Source of the DNA: Candidatus Limnocylindrales bacterium
GTDB lineage: Bacteria > Chloroflexota > Dormibacteria > CF-121
DNA length: 64,000 bases
Assembly (NCBI GenBank): GCA_035632635.1
Contig: DASQGL010000007.1
Span: forward strand, 7,304-71,303
Direction: 5' to 3'
Below are positions 1-9,613 of the stretch, piece by piece (positions within the stretch are counted from its first letter, which is position 1; each line of letters starts with the position of its first letter). A model generated the notes under the pieces. That model saw only the letters and a program-made list of their open reading frames with translations, ran no database searches and was not told where the DNA came from. Position numbers and translations under genes: made by a program.

Positions 1-242
1 CAGGGGACGCCGAACGGTCAGCTGGGCTTGACGCGCTGCTGCGCGACTGCGATCACGTGATCGCGGAGATGACGTACGACGCGCCCGGCTCGATGCACCT
101 GGCCCGAACCGAGATCGAGGCGCTGATGGCGGAGCACCCGCAGGTCCGTTTCCTGCTCACTCACCGCGGGCCGGATCGGCCTGTCGACGGCGCCCTCCTC
201 GTCCACGATTTCCAGCGCGTCCACCTTCCTCTCGCCGGGTAG
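1..242 (+). CDS. MBL-fold metallo-hydrolase, C-terminal fragment (gene begins upstream of window)
   Basis: Frame 3 is open from the window edge to a stop at 240-242. The tail ...DHVIAEMTYDAPGSMHLARTEIEALMAEHPQVRFLLTHRGPD looks like the C-terminal H-L-T...E...L-v-L-T-H end of beta-lactamase-fold hydrolases. It overlaps the convergent 3' end of the next gene by 86 nt. Confidence 0.4.
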   Translation, partial: GDAERSAGLDALLRDCDHVIAEMTYDAPGSMHLARTEIEALMAEHPQVRFLLTHRGPDRPVDGALLVHDFQRVHLPLAG

Positions 243-2676
243 TCGCGCCGCCTGACGTGCGGATGCCGCGCGCATACAGGGCGGGGTAGCGCTTGCGCAG
301 GCGGAGCCAGGACCGGCGAGCCTCGATCCGCTCCAGCCCGCTCAACCCGCCCCGGCGGTAGCGCGCCCGGGTGTAGAGGGTTGCCAGGGTGGTGACGTCG
401 GGCTGGATCTCCGGCACGGCCTCGGACAGGCGGGCGCCGAGCTCGGCGGGCGTATCTCCCGGCTGCCGCGGCACCCGCAGCCGGTCACTCAAGAAGAGCA
501 GCCGGCGCCAGATCTGGGGGACGTCCGCGGGAGTCAGCAGCCAGCGGACCAGCAGGCCGGCGCAAAGGAGCAGGAGCAGGACGATGCCGATCGCGATCAA
601 CGCCAGCCGCTTCTCGACGCCGCCCAGGTCGGGCCCGCTGTCCGGCGTGCTGTTGGCGCTGATTTCGAGCAGCCGCTGGTTCGGGTTCCGGCGCGGGGCG
701 GTGGTGCCGCCGCCCGCGACCGGCTGATCGATCTGCGCCGCGGTCTGCGGGCGGGCGATCGGGGAGTTGATGCCGTCGGGCGTCGGCTCGAAGGGGATCC
801 ATCCGTAGCCCGGGAAGTAGACCTCGACCCATGTGTGCGCGTCCGTGGTGTTCACCTGGTAGCGATGCGTGCGGTCGTCGTAGGGACCGAGTCCGAACCC
901 GCTGACGAGCCGCGCCGGGATGTCGAGCGTGCGCAGCATCACGGCCATGGCGGTCGCGAAGTCCTGGCAGTAGCCGCGGTGCGTCTTGAACAGGAAGTTG
1001 TCGAGCGGCCTGACCCCGGCCGCCGCGGTCGGCGGCGACAACGTGTAGCTGAACCGGTTCCCAGTCAGGAACCAGGTCTCGATCGCCTTGGCCTTGTCGT
1101 ACGGGTTCGTCGCGCCGGCCGTGCCGACGATGCTGCGCGCGAGGTCGGCGATCCGCTGGTCCCCGGCGGTCGAGTAACCGGGGGCGACCCGGCCCCAGTA
1201 CAGCGATCGGTAGGGATCCAGCCAGGACGGGTAGTCGGCCGGCGCATCGCGCAGGCTGGCCACGTCGGCGGCGGCGATCATCTCGGTAACGGTATAGGTG
1301 TACGGGGTCCTCGGGTTGTCCGCCAGCTGGACGTGATCGACCGTCACGAAGTGCGGGCCCGTCCCGGGCCCCGAGCCCAGGATCCCGCGCACTGTGACCG
1401 GGTAGCCGGTGACCGTGAGCGGCTCGCCGGCGGCGAAGACGGTCGCGTCCAGCGAACTCGGCGGGACGACCGTCTGGAAGGTCGTGGTGATCTCCCGGAC
1501 CAGCCGGGGATTTGTGGGCAGGTCGGTCCGGGGAACGGATTGCTTCGATGCGAGATGGACCCCCGCGCGGACGACGATGTCGCCACCGGTGCTGAGCTGG
1601 TACCAGGCGGTGCCGTCCCAGCCGCCCAGCGCGATCCCGCGCCAGAACGGATACAGCAAGTCGGTCTGTCCGCTCACGTACATCACCGTTTGCGGGCGCG
1701 CATCCAGGGACGCACCCGGGTGGATGGTCTCGCTGTAGCCGACGTGCGGCCGGCCGATGGGACCGCTGCTCACGCCGATGCCGAACGGATGGAAGTCGAT
1801 CGTGTGCACCGAGCCGGGCACGAGGATGCTGCTGATGTCCTGGCTGGAGAGCGGCGGCAGGATGAAGGCGAGGACGAGGATCAGCACGACCGCCTCCGAG
1901 CCGACCTCGCCGAAATTCCATCCGGTGTCGGACGCCCGAGGCACGCGGCGCTGGCGCCAGCGGTCCTTGAGCGCCACGAAGTTGAGGCGGAGCAGCACGG
2001 TGGCGGCGGCGGCCAGCCAGAGCGCGGTCAGGAAGTAGAGGATCGGACTGGTGTCGTTCAGGACCTCGACCGCCATGATCGATCCCAGCGGGAGCAAGGC
2101 GGCGAGACCATGGCGACGCCGGAATGCCCACCAGGCGGTCCACAGGGCGCTGACCACGACGAGCGCGCAGAGCCCGGCCAGGAGCAGCTGCGGGATGGTC
2201 ATGGTGACGCTGGACAGCGACTGGAGCACGGCTTCGGGCGTGAGCGTCGTGAGCCGGGCGGTGACCCTGGGCGGCGTGAACAGCAGGAGGAGCGCGACCG
2301 TGCAGACCAGGGAGGCGGCGATGAACCAGCGGCCGCTGACACGGCTGATGGCGAGCGCCCATCCGGTAAGGCCCGCCAGGAAGATCGCGGGGATGAGGAT
2401 GCCGCTGCCCGGCTCCCAGCCCGAACGGTCGAGCGCGGTCGCCACCGTCCAGCCGAGCAGCGCGAGCAGGCCGAGCAGGAGCCAGGTGTCCCGGTGCCGG
2501 AACGCGAGCAGCGGCGCGGAACGCCGAGGGATGGCGACCAGGAAGCTGCCGTCCTGCAGCCGCGGGCGGACGAGCCCGGTGGCGACCAGGACGCTGCCGC
2601 CCAGCACGACCGCCACGATCAGGACGCTGCTGCTAGAGATTGGCAACCCTCCGTTCCAGCGAGGGCTCCAGCTCAT
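157..2676 (-). CDS. Transglutaminase-like membrane protein (TgpA-like), third gene of the MoxR operon
   Basis: 839-aa ORF with several N-terminal TM helices followed by a transglutaminase core (HRGYCQDFATAMAVMLRTLDIPARLVSGF ... DAHTWVEVYFPGYGWIPFEPTP). The start could instead be GTG 2616, which would avoid the 44-nt overlap with the DUF58 gene. Confidence 0.85.
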   Translation of the reverse strand: MSWSPRWNGGLPISSSSVLIVAVVLGGSVLVATGLVRPRLQDGSFLVAIPRRSAPLLAFRHRDTWLLLGLLALLGWTVATALDRSGWEPGSGILIPAIFLAGLTGWALAISRVSGRWFIAASLVCTVALLLLFTPPRVTARLTTLTPEAVLQSLSSVTMTIPQLLLAGLCALVVVSALWTAWWAFRRRHGLAALLPLGSIMAVEVLNDTSPILYFLTALWLAAAATVLLRLNFVALKDRWRQRRVPRASDTGWNFGEVGSEAVVLILVLAFILPPLSSQDISSILVPGSVHTIDFHPFGIGVSSGPIGRPHVGYSETIHPGASLDARPQTVMYVSGQTDLLYPFWRGIALGGWDGTAWYQLSTGGDIVVRAGVHLASKQSVPRTDLPTNPRLVREITTTFQTVVPPSSLDATVFAAGEPLTVTGYPVTVRGILGSGPGTGPHFVTVDHVQLADNPRTPYTYTVTEMIAAADVASLRDAPADYPSWLDPYRSLYWGRVAPGYSTAGDQRIADLARSIVGTAGATNPYDKAKAIETWFLTGNRFSYTLSPPTAAAGVRPLDNFLFKTHRGYCQDFATAMAVMLRTLDIPARLVSGFGLGPYDDRTHRYQVNTTDAHTWVEVYFPGYGWIPFEPTPDGINSPIARPQTAAQIDQPVAGGGTTAPRRNPNQRLLEISANSTPDSGPDLGGVEKRLALIAIGIVLLLLLCAGLLVRWLLTPADVPQIWRRLLFLSDRLRVPRQPGDTPAELGARLSEAVPEIQPDVTTLATLYTRARYRRGGLSGLERIEARRSWLRLRKRYPALYARGIRTSGGATTRREEGGRAGNRGRGGRRRQADPARGE

Positions 2677-3832
2677 CGGCGCCCCGGACGATCCACCAGC
2701 TGAGCGCCTCGCTCCAGCGTCCGACGATCGGCAGGCTGGCCTGGGTGCCGCCGAACCCGCGCGGGTCGAGGTAGACCACCAGGTTGCGGTGGCCGCGCAC
2801 CCCGAGGTCGAGGAGCGCCTGCACCCAGGCGGGATCGCCGGACGCGGTGATCACGATCATGCCGCCCCGCGCCCGCCAGTGCTCGCGCTGAGCCTCCAGC
2901 AGACTGTGGAGCGCTACCGTGCCGTCGGCCTGGGCCAGGGTGAACTCTTCCAGCAGCCGGTTGCGCTGCTGGTCGCCACGGGCGGCTTCGATCACCGTCA
3001 GCGCCCGATCGTTGCACAGGAGTCCGACCGCCGCGCCGCGACGCAGCGCGCTGTCCGCGATCGAGGCCGCCAGGCTGATGCCGTACTCGAGCGTCGAGTT
3101 CGGGGGCTGCCCGGCATGGACCTTCGCGTCCAGGTCGAGGACGATCCAGGCGTCGCCACCCTCGCGCGTCTCGAAGCTGCGGCTCATCAGCCGCCCCAGG
3201 CGGGCCGACGAGGACCAGTGGATCCGCTTGAAGCTGTCGGTCGGCACATACTCCCGGATCGTCGTCGTGTTGGGGGGCAGGTCGATCACGCGGCCGCGCA
3301 CCTGCTCGTCGCCGGCCACGCTCGGAGCCAGGGCTTCGAGGTGCGAGACCGAGCGCAGGATCGGATAGACGACGACCGACCGGCTGCCCGGCACGCGCAG
3401 CGTTCGGGGAAAGAGCCCGAACGGGTCCCCGTAGCGCAGCTCGACCGGGCCGAACGTGAACAGGCCGCGCTGCTTGAACTCGCCGTGGGTCGTCCAGCGA
3501 CGCGACTTGTGCCCCTTGAGGGCAAAGACGCGGCCGGGGTCGTAGCCGGGCAGACTCGAGAAATCGACGAGCTCGAGCGCGCCGACCGGCACCCAGGAGC
3601 GGTTCTGGACCGTGAAGCGCTCCTCGAACGGGTCGCCCACCTGGTAGTGCCCTTCGGGGCTGATGCGCTCGACCGTCAGGTTGTCGCCGATCATCCGGCT
3701 CCAGGCCCAGCTCAAGAGGAAGATCAGGAGGAGCGCGTAAAGCAGGAAGTAGGCCTGGCGGATGCCCGTGATGTAGGCGAAGAAGAGCAGCAGCACCAGC
3801 GCCGTGATCAGAGGAAGGCGGGGGAGGCGCAT
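2633..3832 (-). CDS. DUF58 (vWA-like) domain protein
   Basis: 399 aa with an N-terminal TM pair, then REYVPTDSFKRIHWSSSARLGRLMSRSFE, which is typical of DUF58. It sits between a MoxR ATPase and a TGase gene, as in Bat/MoxR operons. Confidence 0.85.
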   Translation of the reverse strand: MRLPRLPLITALVLLLFFAYITGIRQAYFLLYALLLIFLLSWAWSRMIGDNLTVERISPEGHYQVGDPFEERFTVQNRSWVPVGALELVDFSSLPGYDPGRVFALKGHKSRRWTTHGEFKQRGLFTFGPVELRYGDPFGLFPRTLRVPGSRSVVVYPILRSVSHLEALAPSVAGDEQVRGRVIDLPPNTTTIREYVPTDSFKRIHWSSSARLGRLMSRSFETREGGDAWIVLDLDAKVHAGQPPNSTLEYGISLAASIADSALRRGAAVGLLCNDRALTVIEAARGDQQRNRLLEEFTLAQADGTVALHSLLEAQREHWRARGGMIVITASGDPAWVQALLDLGVRGHRNLVVYLDPRGFGGTQASLPIVGRWSEALSWWIVRGADELEPSLERRVANL

Positions 3833-3843
3833 CCCGATCGCGC

Positions 3844-4830
3844 TCAGCTCGCCGCCCGGCGTCCGAACCGCGAGACGACCGACGGCGGCGGCACGGGCTC
3901 GCTCTCGAGGATCTGGGTCACGACCTTGGCGGCCGTGAGTCCGCGCAGCTCGGCGTTCGGCTTCAGGATGACGCGGTGCGCCAGCACCGGCAGGGCGAGC
4001 CCCTTGATGTCGTCGGGGGTGACGAAATCGCGGCCGTCGAGCGCGGCGCGCGCCTGGGCCGACCGGAACAGGCCGAGCGATCCCCGGGGGCTCGCGCCCA
4101 GGCCGACGTCGCCGTGCGAACGGGTCCGATGCGTGATCCGGGCGATGTACTCCTTGAGCTGGTCGTCGACGTAGATGTCCTGCACCGCCTTCTGCCCGGC
4201 GACCACGTCCTCCGCCGACGCGACCGGCTCGAGCTGCTCGATCGGCGACTCGTGCTGGAAACGATCCAGGACCTGGACTTCGTGGGCCACGTCGAGGTAT
4301 CCGAGGTTGACCCGCATCAGGAAGCGGTCGACCTGGGCTTCGGGCAGCGGGAACGTCCCGGCGAACTCGATCGGGTTCTGGGTCGCGAGCACGAGGAAGG
4401 GCAGCCCGAGCGGGTAGGTCGTGCCGTCGACCGTCACCTGGCGCTCCTCCATGGCCTCGAGCAGGGCGGACTGCGTCTTCGGGGTCGCGCGGTTGATCTC
4501 ATCGGCCAGCAGGACCTGGGTGAAGAGGGGGCCCTGCCGGAACTCGAACTGCTGACTCTGGGGGCTGTAGATGTTGACGCCGGTGACGTCCGCCGGCAAC
4601 AGGTCGGGCGTGAACTGGAGGCGCTCGAAGCTGCACCCCAGTGAGCGCGCCAGGGATTTCGCCAGCATGGTCTTGCCCACACCGGGCACATCCTCGATCA
4701 GGACATGGCCGCGGCTTAGCAGCGCGATGACGCACAGCTCGACCTCGGCGTCCTTCCCGACCAGGACCCGCGAGACGTTTTCCACGATGCGGGCGCCGAG
4801 CCCGGCGACGGCGTGATCTTCGACTGCCAT
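3844..4830 (-). CDS. MoxR-family AAA+ ATPase
   Basis: 328 aa with Walker A GVPGVGKT and Walker B LLADEINR. Length and C-terminal lid are typical of MoxR/AAA_3. GGAGGAG Shine-Dalgarno (SD) sequence upstream of the ATG. Confidence 0.93.
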   Translation of the reverse strand: MAVEDHAVAGLGARIVENVSRVLVGKDAEVELCVIALLSRGHVLIEDVPGVGKTMLAKSLARSLGCSFERLQFTPDLLPADVTGVNIYSPQSQQFEFRQGPLFTQVLLADEINRATPKTQSALLEAMEERQVTVDGTTYPLGLPFLVLATQNPIEFAGTFPLPEAQVDRFLMRVNLGYLDVAHEVQVLDRFQHESPIEQLEPVASAEDVVAGQKAVQDIYVDDQLKEYIARITHRTRSHGDVGLGASPRGSLGLFRSAQARAALDGRDFVTPDDIKGLALPVLAHRVILKPNAELRGLTAAKVVTQILESEPVPPPSVVSRFGRRAAS

Positions 4831-4896
4831 GGTTTCTCCTCCGCTGCCTTGATTGCCTGAACCCGTTACAGCTTCAACGCCCCGACCGTTCCCTGG

Positions 4897-5292
4897 TTAC
4901 CGCGCCGTCAGCCTCCGTGCGCTCCGTGCCAGCCAGCCGCCCAGGGTGCCGCCGCCCAGGACGAGCACGTCGTCCAGGACGAGGCCGGCGGTGCCCAGGT
5001 CGCCGGTGCCGATCGGGCCTACCGATCCGACCGCCTGCGCGATCACGATGAAGGCGATGGCCACCACGATGCCGTTCCAGATGGAGGCCGAATCCGGCCC
5101 CAGGTAGCCCGCCAGAAAGCCGCCCAGCAGCAGCGCGCCAAACGTGAGCAGCCCCGATCCAAAGGCGTCGGTGCGGTGACCGCCGAAGAACAGGGTGCCG
5201 CCGATCAGCTGGGCGACGACGGCGAGGACGAGACCCAGCCCGGCCGCGAACCAGTCCACCTGCCGAGCCCCGTTCGGCGGCGTCTTCGCCAT
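4897..5292 (-). CDS. Small Gly-rich polytopic membrane protein (hypothetical)
   Basis: 131 aa with about 4 hydrophobic segments. A TAGACT box lies 7 nt upstream of the ATG. No family recognised with certainty. Confidence 0.6.
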   Translation of the reverse strand: MAKTPPNGARQVDWFAAGLGLVLAVVAQLIGGTLFFGGHRTDAFGSGLLTFGALLLGGFLAGYLGPDSASIWNGIVVAIAFIVIAQAVGSVGPIGTGDLGTAGLVLDDVLVLGGGTLGGWLARSARRLTAR

Positions 5293-5305
5293 CGGGATAA
5301 GTCTA
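5293..5305 (-). promoter_or_regulatory. -10 box TAGACT, N7, ATG (leaderless-type promoter)
   Basis: Minus strand reads TAGACT (5305..5300), then 7 nt, then ATG 5292. Confidence 0.45.
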
Positions 5306-5317
5306 GTCCGGGGTCAG

Positions 5318-6022
5318 TTAGAAAAGCTTAAGACTGTGGAGCGCGGACACCAGCGCCGGCGCGGCCACGAGGCTGGGCAGGAAGCTGGCGACCCGCATCG
5401 ACTTGAGCTGGAGGAGACCGAGCCCGATCGCGATCACGATCACGCCGCCCGCCGCGGTCAGCTCCGCCACCTGAGCGGTGTCCAGGCTCGCGTGGAGTCC
5501 AAACGCGATCAGCGTGAGCGTGCCCTGGACGGCGAGGACGCTGATCGCCGAGAGCAGCACGCCCCAGCCCAGGGTCGCCGCGAAGACGATCGAGGAGAAC
5601 CCGTCCAGCGTCGATTTGACCGCGAGCAGCGTGACATCGCCCCGGGTTCCGTCGTTGAACGTGCCCAGGATCGCCAGCGGGCCGACGCAGAAGAGAAGGC
5701 TGGTGGTGACGAAGGCGACGCTGACCCGCCCGCTGACCGGGTCCCGGGTCACGCGCCGCTCGGCCCACCGACCGATCCGCTGCACGCCATCATCGATCCG
5801 GATCAACTCACCGACGACCACCCCGAGCAGCAGACTGATCAGCAGGATCAGCGGATTCCGCGTCTGGAGCGCCATGCTCAGGCCGTAGACGACCACGAAC
5901 AGCCCGATCGCCTGGCGCACGGTCTCGTGCAGCCGGTCGGGGATGAAACGGCCCAGCGCCAGGCCAACCACGCTTCCGGCAAGCACGGTGCCGACGTTCA
6001 GCACCGTGCCGAGACCCCGCAT
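5318..6022 (-). CDS. DUF554-family membrane protein
   Basis: Internal ATG at 6022, placed 2 nt after the darA stop. The 234-aa product MRGLGTVLNVGTVLAGSVVGLALGRF... is polytopic. The upstream 206 codons of the listed 440-aa ORF are an Arg/Pro-rich overlap with darA/tmk and were rejected. Confidence 0.8.
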   Translation of the reverse strand: MRGLGTVLNVGTVLAGSVVGLALGRFIPDRLHETVRQAIGLFVVVYGLSMALQTRNPLILLISLLLGVVVGELIRIDDGVQRIGRWAERRVTRDPVSGRVSVAFVTTSLLFCVGPLAILGTFNDGTRGDVTLLAVKSTLDGFSSIVFAATLGWGVLLSAISVLAVQGTLTLIAFGLHASLDTAQVAELTAAGGVIVIAIGLGLLQLKSMRVASFLPSLVAAPALVSALHSLKLF

Positions 6023-6024
6023 CG

Positions 6025-6354
6025 TCAGAGCTTTTCGAATCGATCGACCGTGACGATGAAGACGGTGGCGCCTCCGACCTGGACCTCGACCGGATAGGGC
6101 ACGAAGAAGTCGCCGGGCTCGACCAGCGGCGGCATCGGGTTCATGAACTCGCTGCGTGTCCGGCAGTTCTCCTTGATCAGCGCCAGGACCTCTTCGACCC
6201 GATCGTCGTCGAGGCCCGACATCAGCGTGACGTTCTTGTGCTGCAGGAATCCCCCGGAGCTGGCGAATTTCGTCACCGAGATCCCGCGATCGTTCAGGGC
6301 GTCCATGGTGGCGGTCGCGTCCTCGCTGTGCACGATGGCGATCAGCAGCTTCAC
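6025..6354 (-). CDS. darA: Cyclic-di-AMP receptor, PII-like (DarA/PstA family)
   Basis: 109 aa: MKLLIAIVHSEDA...VTKFASSGGFLQHKNVTLMSG...LIKENC...VPYPVEVQVGGATVFIVTVDRFEKL. This aligns by eye along its whole length with B. subtilis DarA (YaaQ). GTG start overlaps the tmk stop (GTGA). Same tmk-darA order as in Bacillus. Confidence 0.9.
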   Translation of the reverse strand: MKLLIAIVHSEDATATMDALNDRGISVTKFASSGGFLQHKNVTLMSGLDDDRVEEVLALIKENCRTRSEFMNPMPPLVEPGDFFVPYPVEVQVGGATVFIVTVDRFEKL

Positions 6355-7019
6355 GCCGACTTCCTCGCCGGCAGGCGGTTCGACTTGCGCATGCGCTCGA
6401 CCGCAACCTCGAACATCCGGTCGGCGAGCGCGTCGGGGTGGCCGGTGGCGTCGAGGACGACCCAGCGGTCGGGCTCCTCGCCCGCCATCTGCAGGTAGGC
6501 TGCCCGGATCTTCTCGTGGAAGGCACGGGTCTCCTGGTCGATCCGGTCGCGGGCGTAGCGCGGGATGCGCGCCAGGCCCTGCTCGACCCGCAGGTCGAGC
6601 AGGAAGGTGAGGTCCGGCCGAATCCCGCCGAGAACGGCATCCTGGAGGTCGCGGAGCCGGGCGAGATCGAGGCCCCGACCGAACCCCTGGTAGGCGATGG
6701 TCGAGTCGGCGAACCGATCGCAGACGACGACCTCGCCCCGCTGCAGGCAGGGCCGGATGACCTCGGCGACCAGCTGGGCGCGGGCGGCGGTGAAGAGGAG
6801 CGCCTCCGCCCAGGGGTCGTTGGCCGTGCCCGACGGGTTCAACAGCAGGGGCCGGATCTGCTCGCCGAGTGCGGTTCCGCCGGGCTCGCGGGTTGCGGTG
6901 GTCACGATGTCGCTCAGGTTCAAACGCGCTTCGAGCTGTCGCGCCTGGGTGGATTTTCCGCCGCCTTCAGGACCCTCCAGGGTGATGAAGAACCCGCCCG
7001 GCTTGCCGTCCGCGCTCAT
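6351..7019 (-). CDS. tmk: Thymidylate kinase
   Basis: 222 aa with P-loop FITLEGPEGGGKST and a DRF/lid region CDRFADSTIAYQG. Confidence 0.92.
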   Translation of the reverse strand: MSADGKPGGFFITLEGPEGGGKSTQARQLEARLNLSDIVTTATREPGGTALGEQIRPLLLNPSGTANDPWAEALLFTAARAQLVAEVIRPCLQRGEVVVCDRFADSTIAYQGFGRGLDLARLRDLQDAVLGGIRPDLTFLLDLRVEQGLARIPRYARDRIDQETRAFHEKIRAAYLQMAGEEPDRWVVLDATGHPDALADRMFEVAVERMRKSNRLPARKSA

Positions 7020-7046
7020 GCCTTTGCGGGCACTATACCGGGTCGG

Positions 7047-8606
7047 TCAATCGGCGGTCGTGTAGATCCGGAGCCGCCGGTTGGGCTGCTTTCCGGTCGA
7101 GCGCGCGGTCAGCTCGTGGCGCTCGACGAGCTGATGCTGCAGACGGCGGACGTATGCGTTCTGGGGCGACAGCTCGACCATCGAGTTGGTCGCCTTCGCC
7201 CGATTGATGCCTTCGATCGTCTCCTGGAGCGCGGACTCCGTCGGGTCGGGCGCCTCCAGTTGATACATGCGGGTCAGCGCACTCTTGATCTGAGTGATGG
7301 TATTGCTCTTGAGCACCTGGATCGGGATCCCATCGGCCTCCGCCTCCTTGATGGGGGAGTCTTTGCGCCGGTAATAGTTCTTGAGCGTGACGATCAGGTC
7401 CGCGTCCTCGATGTGGTTCTGCACCCGGACCGGGACCTTCAGATCCTGGATCGCCTGCTCGAGATAGTTGCGGCTGACCCCGTAGGGAAAGATGTTGAGC
7501 GACTCGTGGACCCCGCGCGTCCTCGAGCCCTCGAGCGGCTCCCGGGGGGCGGTCGCGCGCATGGGCTGCGCCTCGGCTATGCGGGCCACGATCGCTCCGT
7601 CCGCGCCCCGGGTGCGCATCTGGGGCGGCTTGAGGACGCCCCGCAACGCCGCGTCGACCACCTCGGCCAGGGGTTGATGCACGGCCAGCCGGTCCCGGTC
7701 GTGGATCTCAACCAGGACGTCGAAGGTGGGCGGCGACTTGCGCTCCAGCACCGACTTCTGGGTGCCTCGCCGGCGGGCCTCCTCGTCCGACAGCGTCACC
7801 GTCTGGATCCCGCCCAACAGGTCGTTCAGCGTCGGGTTGATCATCAGGTTCTCGAGGGAATTCCCATGGGCCGTCGCCACCAGCTGGACGCCGCGCTCGG
7901 CGATCGTGCGCGCGGCGGCCGCCTCGAGCTCGGTTCCGATCTCGTCGATGACGATCACCTGGGGCATGTGGTTTTCGACCGCCTCGATCATGACGGCGTG
8001 CTGCAGGGCGGGCGTGCGCACCTGCATCCGCCGGGCCCGACCGATGCCGGGGTGCGGGATGTCGCCGTCGCCGCCGATCTCGTTCGACGTGTCCACGATC
8101 ACGACCCGCTTCTTCATCTCCTCGGCGAGCACCCGGGCGCATTCCCGAAGCATGGTGGTCTTGCCGATCCCGGGGCGGCCGAGCAATAGGATGCTCTTGC
8201 CGCCGACGACCATGTCTTTGATGATGTCAATCGTGCCGGTGATGGCCCGGCCCACCCGACAGGTCAGCCCGATGATCTGGCCGGAGCGGTTCCGGATGGC
8301 CGAGATGCGGTGCAGCGTGCGCTCGATGCCGGCCCGGTTGTCGTCGCCGAAGGAGCCGACCCGGGTGGCCACGAACTCCAGGTCCTCCGCGGTGACCGGC
8401 GTCTCGTCGAGCAGGACCTCGCTGTCCGGAAAGCGGGCCTCCGGCTCCCGGCCGAGGTCCAGCACCACCTCGAGCAGGAGCCCCTGGTTGTCGAGCCGCC
8501 GGACCGCCCGGTTGATGTGGGGCGGCAGCGCCTGGAACAGCAGGTCGAGCTCAGCCGGGTCCGCCCGGGCCAGCCCGTTCGCCACGCGGCGGGTCTGCGA
8601 GATCAT
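7047..8606 (-). CDS. AAA ATPase with C-terminal R3H nucleic-acid-binding domain (SpoIIIAA/Ycf45-like)
   Basis: 519 aa with Walker A GRPGIGKTT and Walker B VIVIDEIG. Conserved VVIVDTSNEIGGDGDIPHPGIGRARRMQV. C-terminal R3H-like LSPQNAYVRRLQHQLVERHELTARSTG. Confidence 0.85.
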   Translation of the reverse strand: MISQTRRVANGLARADPAELDLLFQALPPHINRAVRRLDNQGLLLEVVLDLGREPEARFPDSEVLLDETPVTAEDLEFVATRVGSFGDDNRAGIERTLHRISAIRNRSGQIIGLTCRVGRAITGTIDIIKDMVVGGKSILLLGRPGIGKTTMLRECARVLAEEMKKRVVIVDTSNEIGGDGDIPHPGIGRARRMQVRTPALQHAVMIEAVENHMPQVIVIDEIGTELEAAAARTIAERGVQLVATAHGNSLENLMINPTLNDLLGGIQTVTLSDEEARRRGTQKSVLERKSPPTFDVLVEIHDRDRLAVHQPLAEVVDAALRGVLKPPQMRTRGADGAIVARIAEAQPMRATAPREPLEGSRTRGVHESLNIFPYGVSRNYLEQAIQDLKVPVRVQNHIEDADLIVTLKNYYRRKDSPIKEAEADGIPIQVLKSNTITQIKSALTRMYQLEAPDPTESALQETIEGINRAKATNSMVELSPQNAYVRRLQHQLVERHELTARSTGKQPNRRLRIYTTAD

Positions 8607-9613
8607 CCGTACTGCGGCACGAGCCGCTTCTCCCGCACCGGGAGGCGCCGCCGCGCCGGCACCTTGAGGGTCAGCTCTTTCACCATCAGCACCTGGGACG
8701 CGATCACCTCGAACCCCTCCCGCTGGAGGAGCGCGATCGCTTCCTGATCATTGTGCCGCAGACTGCACCAGGCCGGGCCGGGATGATGCTCGGCGACGTA
8801 GGCCAATCCCTGCCGCACCACCGAGGCGAGCAGATCCGGTGGGTCGGGACGCGCCATCAAGGCGAGCACCGTGGGGCGACCGCCCCCGCCCGCCGTGACC
8901 CCGAACCAGGCGACGATTTCGACCCGATCGACGACGAACTGGCGGCGGCGGGTCGGCCGCGGCACGGCGCCCGCGCCCTGGCCGTGCTGGAAGGTGTCGC
9001 GCCATTCTTTGAAGGATGCGGCGAGCACATCCGCGACCTCGCGGGGGGTCACGGCCCGGTACAGGAGGTACAGGGCCAGCTGGTCTTCGCGCCGCATCGG
9101 CCGCAGCCCCGGACAGGACGGCGCCGTGCGCCGGGCCAGCGACTCGTGGAGCAGCGCGTGCTCGGTTGCGATCGCGCGGAACCCGCGGGCCTTGAAGAGG
9201 TCCTGGACCGGATCGTCGACACCCACGCGGACCAGGTAGCGGGTGACCCCGCGCTGCAGGCCCTCGTTGCAGAGATGGTCGAGAAGCGCGGTCCCCGCCT
9301 GGAAACGGTCGAGGTCTTGGGCGATCGAGAGATTCAGGATCTGCCAGGCATGCCCGCCCGGCGCCGTCTCCGCCTGGACGAAGGCGTGCAGGCCCGGACG
9401 CCCCGGGTCCTCGGCGACGAAGACGTGGTCAGCCGCCGACGTGATCGGGACCATCGACGCGAACGTGTGGTTGAGCAGGAACCACAGCCGTCGCGACGCC
9501 ATCTGCCGGAACGTGATCGAGGTCCGGGCCGCGCTGTCACGGTCCTGCTCCCGGAAGAGCGCCTCGATCGCGCCGAGATCTCGGAGCTGAGCTGGACGGA
9601 TCTGCAGGCTCAT
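8603..9613 (-). CDS. GNAT-family N-acetyltransferase (apparently two GNAT halves)
   Basis: ATG 9613 overlaps the pdxT stop (ATGA), and the stop overlaps the next gene's start (ATGA). 336 aa. Acetyl-CoA-binding-like segments LQRGVTRYLVRV and REGFEVIASQVLMVK. The upstream part of the 506-aa ORF overlaps pdxT out of frame and was rejected. Confidence 0.7.
   Translation of the reverse strand: MSLQIRPAQLRDLGAIEALFREQDRDSAARTSITFRQMASRRLWFLLNHTFASMVPITSAADHVFVAEDPGRPGLHAFVQAETAPGGHAWQILNLSIAQDLDRFQAGTALLDHLCNEGLQRGVTRYLVRVGVDDPVQDLFKARGFRAIATEHALLHESLARRTAPSCPGLRPMRREDQLALYLLYRAVTPREVADVLAASFKEWRDTFQHGQGAGAVPRPTRRRQFVVDRVEIVAWFGVTAGGGGRPTVLALMARPDPPDLLASVVRQGLAYVAEHHPGPAWCSLRHNDQEAIALLQREGFEVIASQVLMVKELTLKVPARRRLPVREKRLVPQYG

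Noticed and set aside
485-4174. Very long ORFs (485..2362 minus strand, 835..2703 plus strand, 2051..4174 plus strand) overlapping the transglutaminase, DUF58 and MoxR genes.
   Set aside because: Their translations are Arg/Pro/Gly/Ala/His-rich low-complexity sequence with no motifs. They are alternative frames or antisense to ORFs with clear family signatures. Long spurious ORFs are expected at this GC content.
6023-6640. The N-terminal extension of the 440-aa ORF (5318..6640), and similar extensions of 8603..10123, 30668..32536, 33973..35778, 35364..36572 and 51771..53990.
   Set aside because: In each case the extension overlaps a well-supported upstream gene in another frame. A start codon sits exactly at the upstream gene's stop, forming an ATGA, GTGA or TGATG junction. 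The shorter gene models were therefore used.
6438-8189. 583-aa plus-strand ORF antisense to tmk and the R3H-AAA ATPase gene.
   Set aside because: It has no recognisable motifs and a biased Arg/Gly/Asp/Leu composition. The opposite strand encodes two well-supported proteins.
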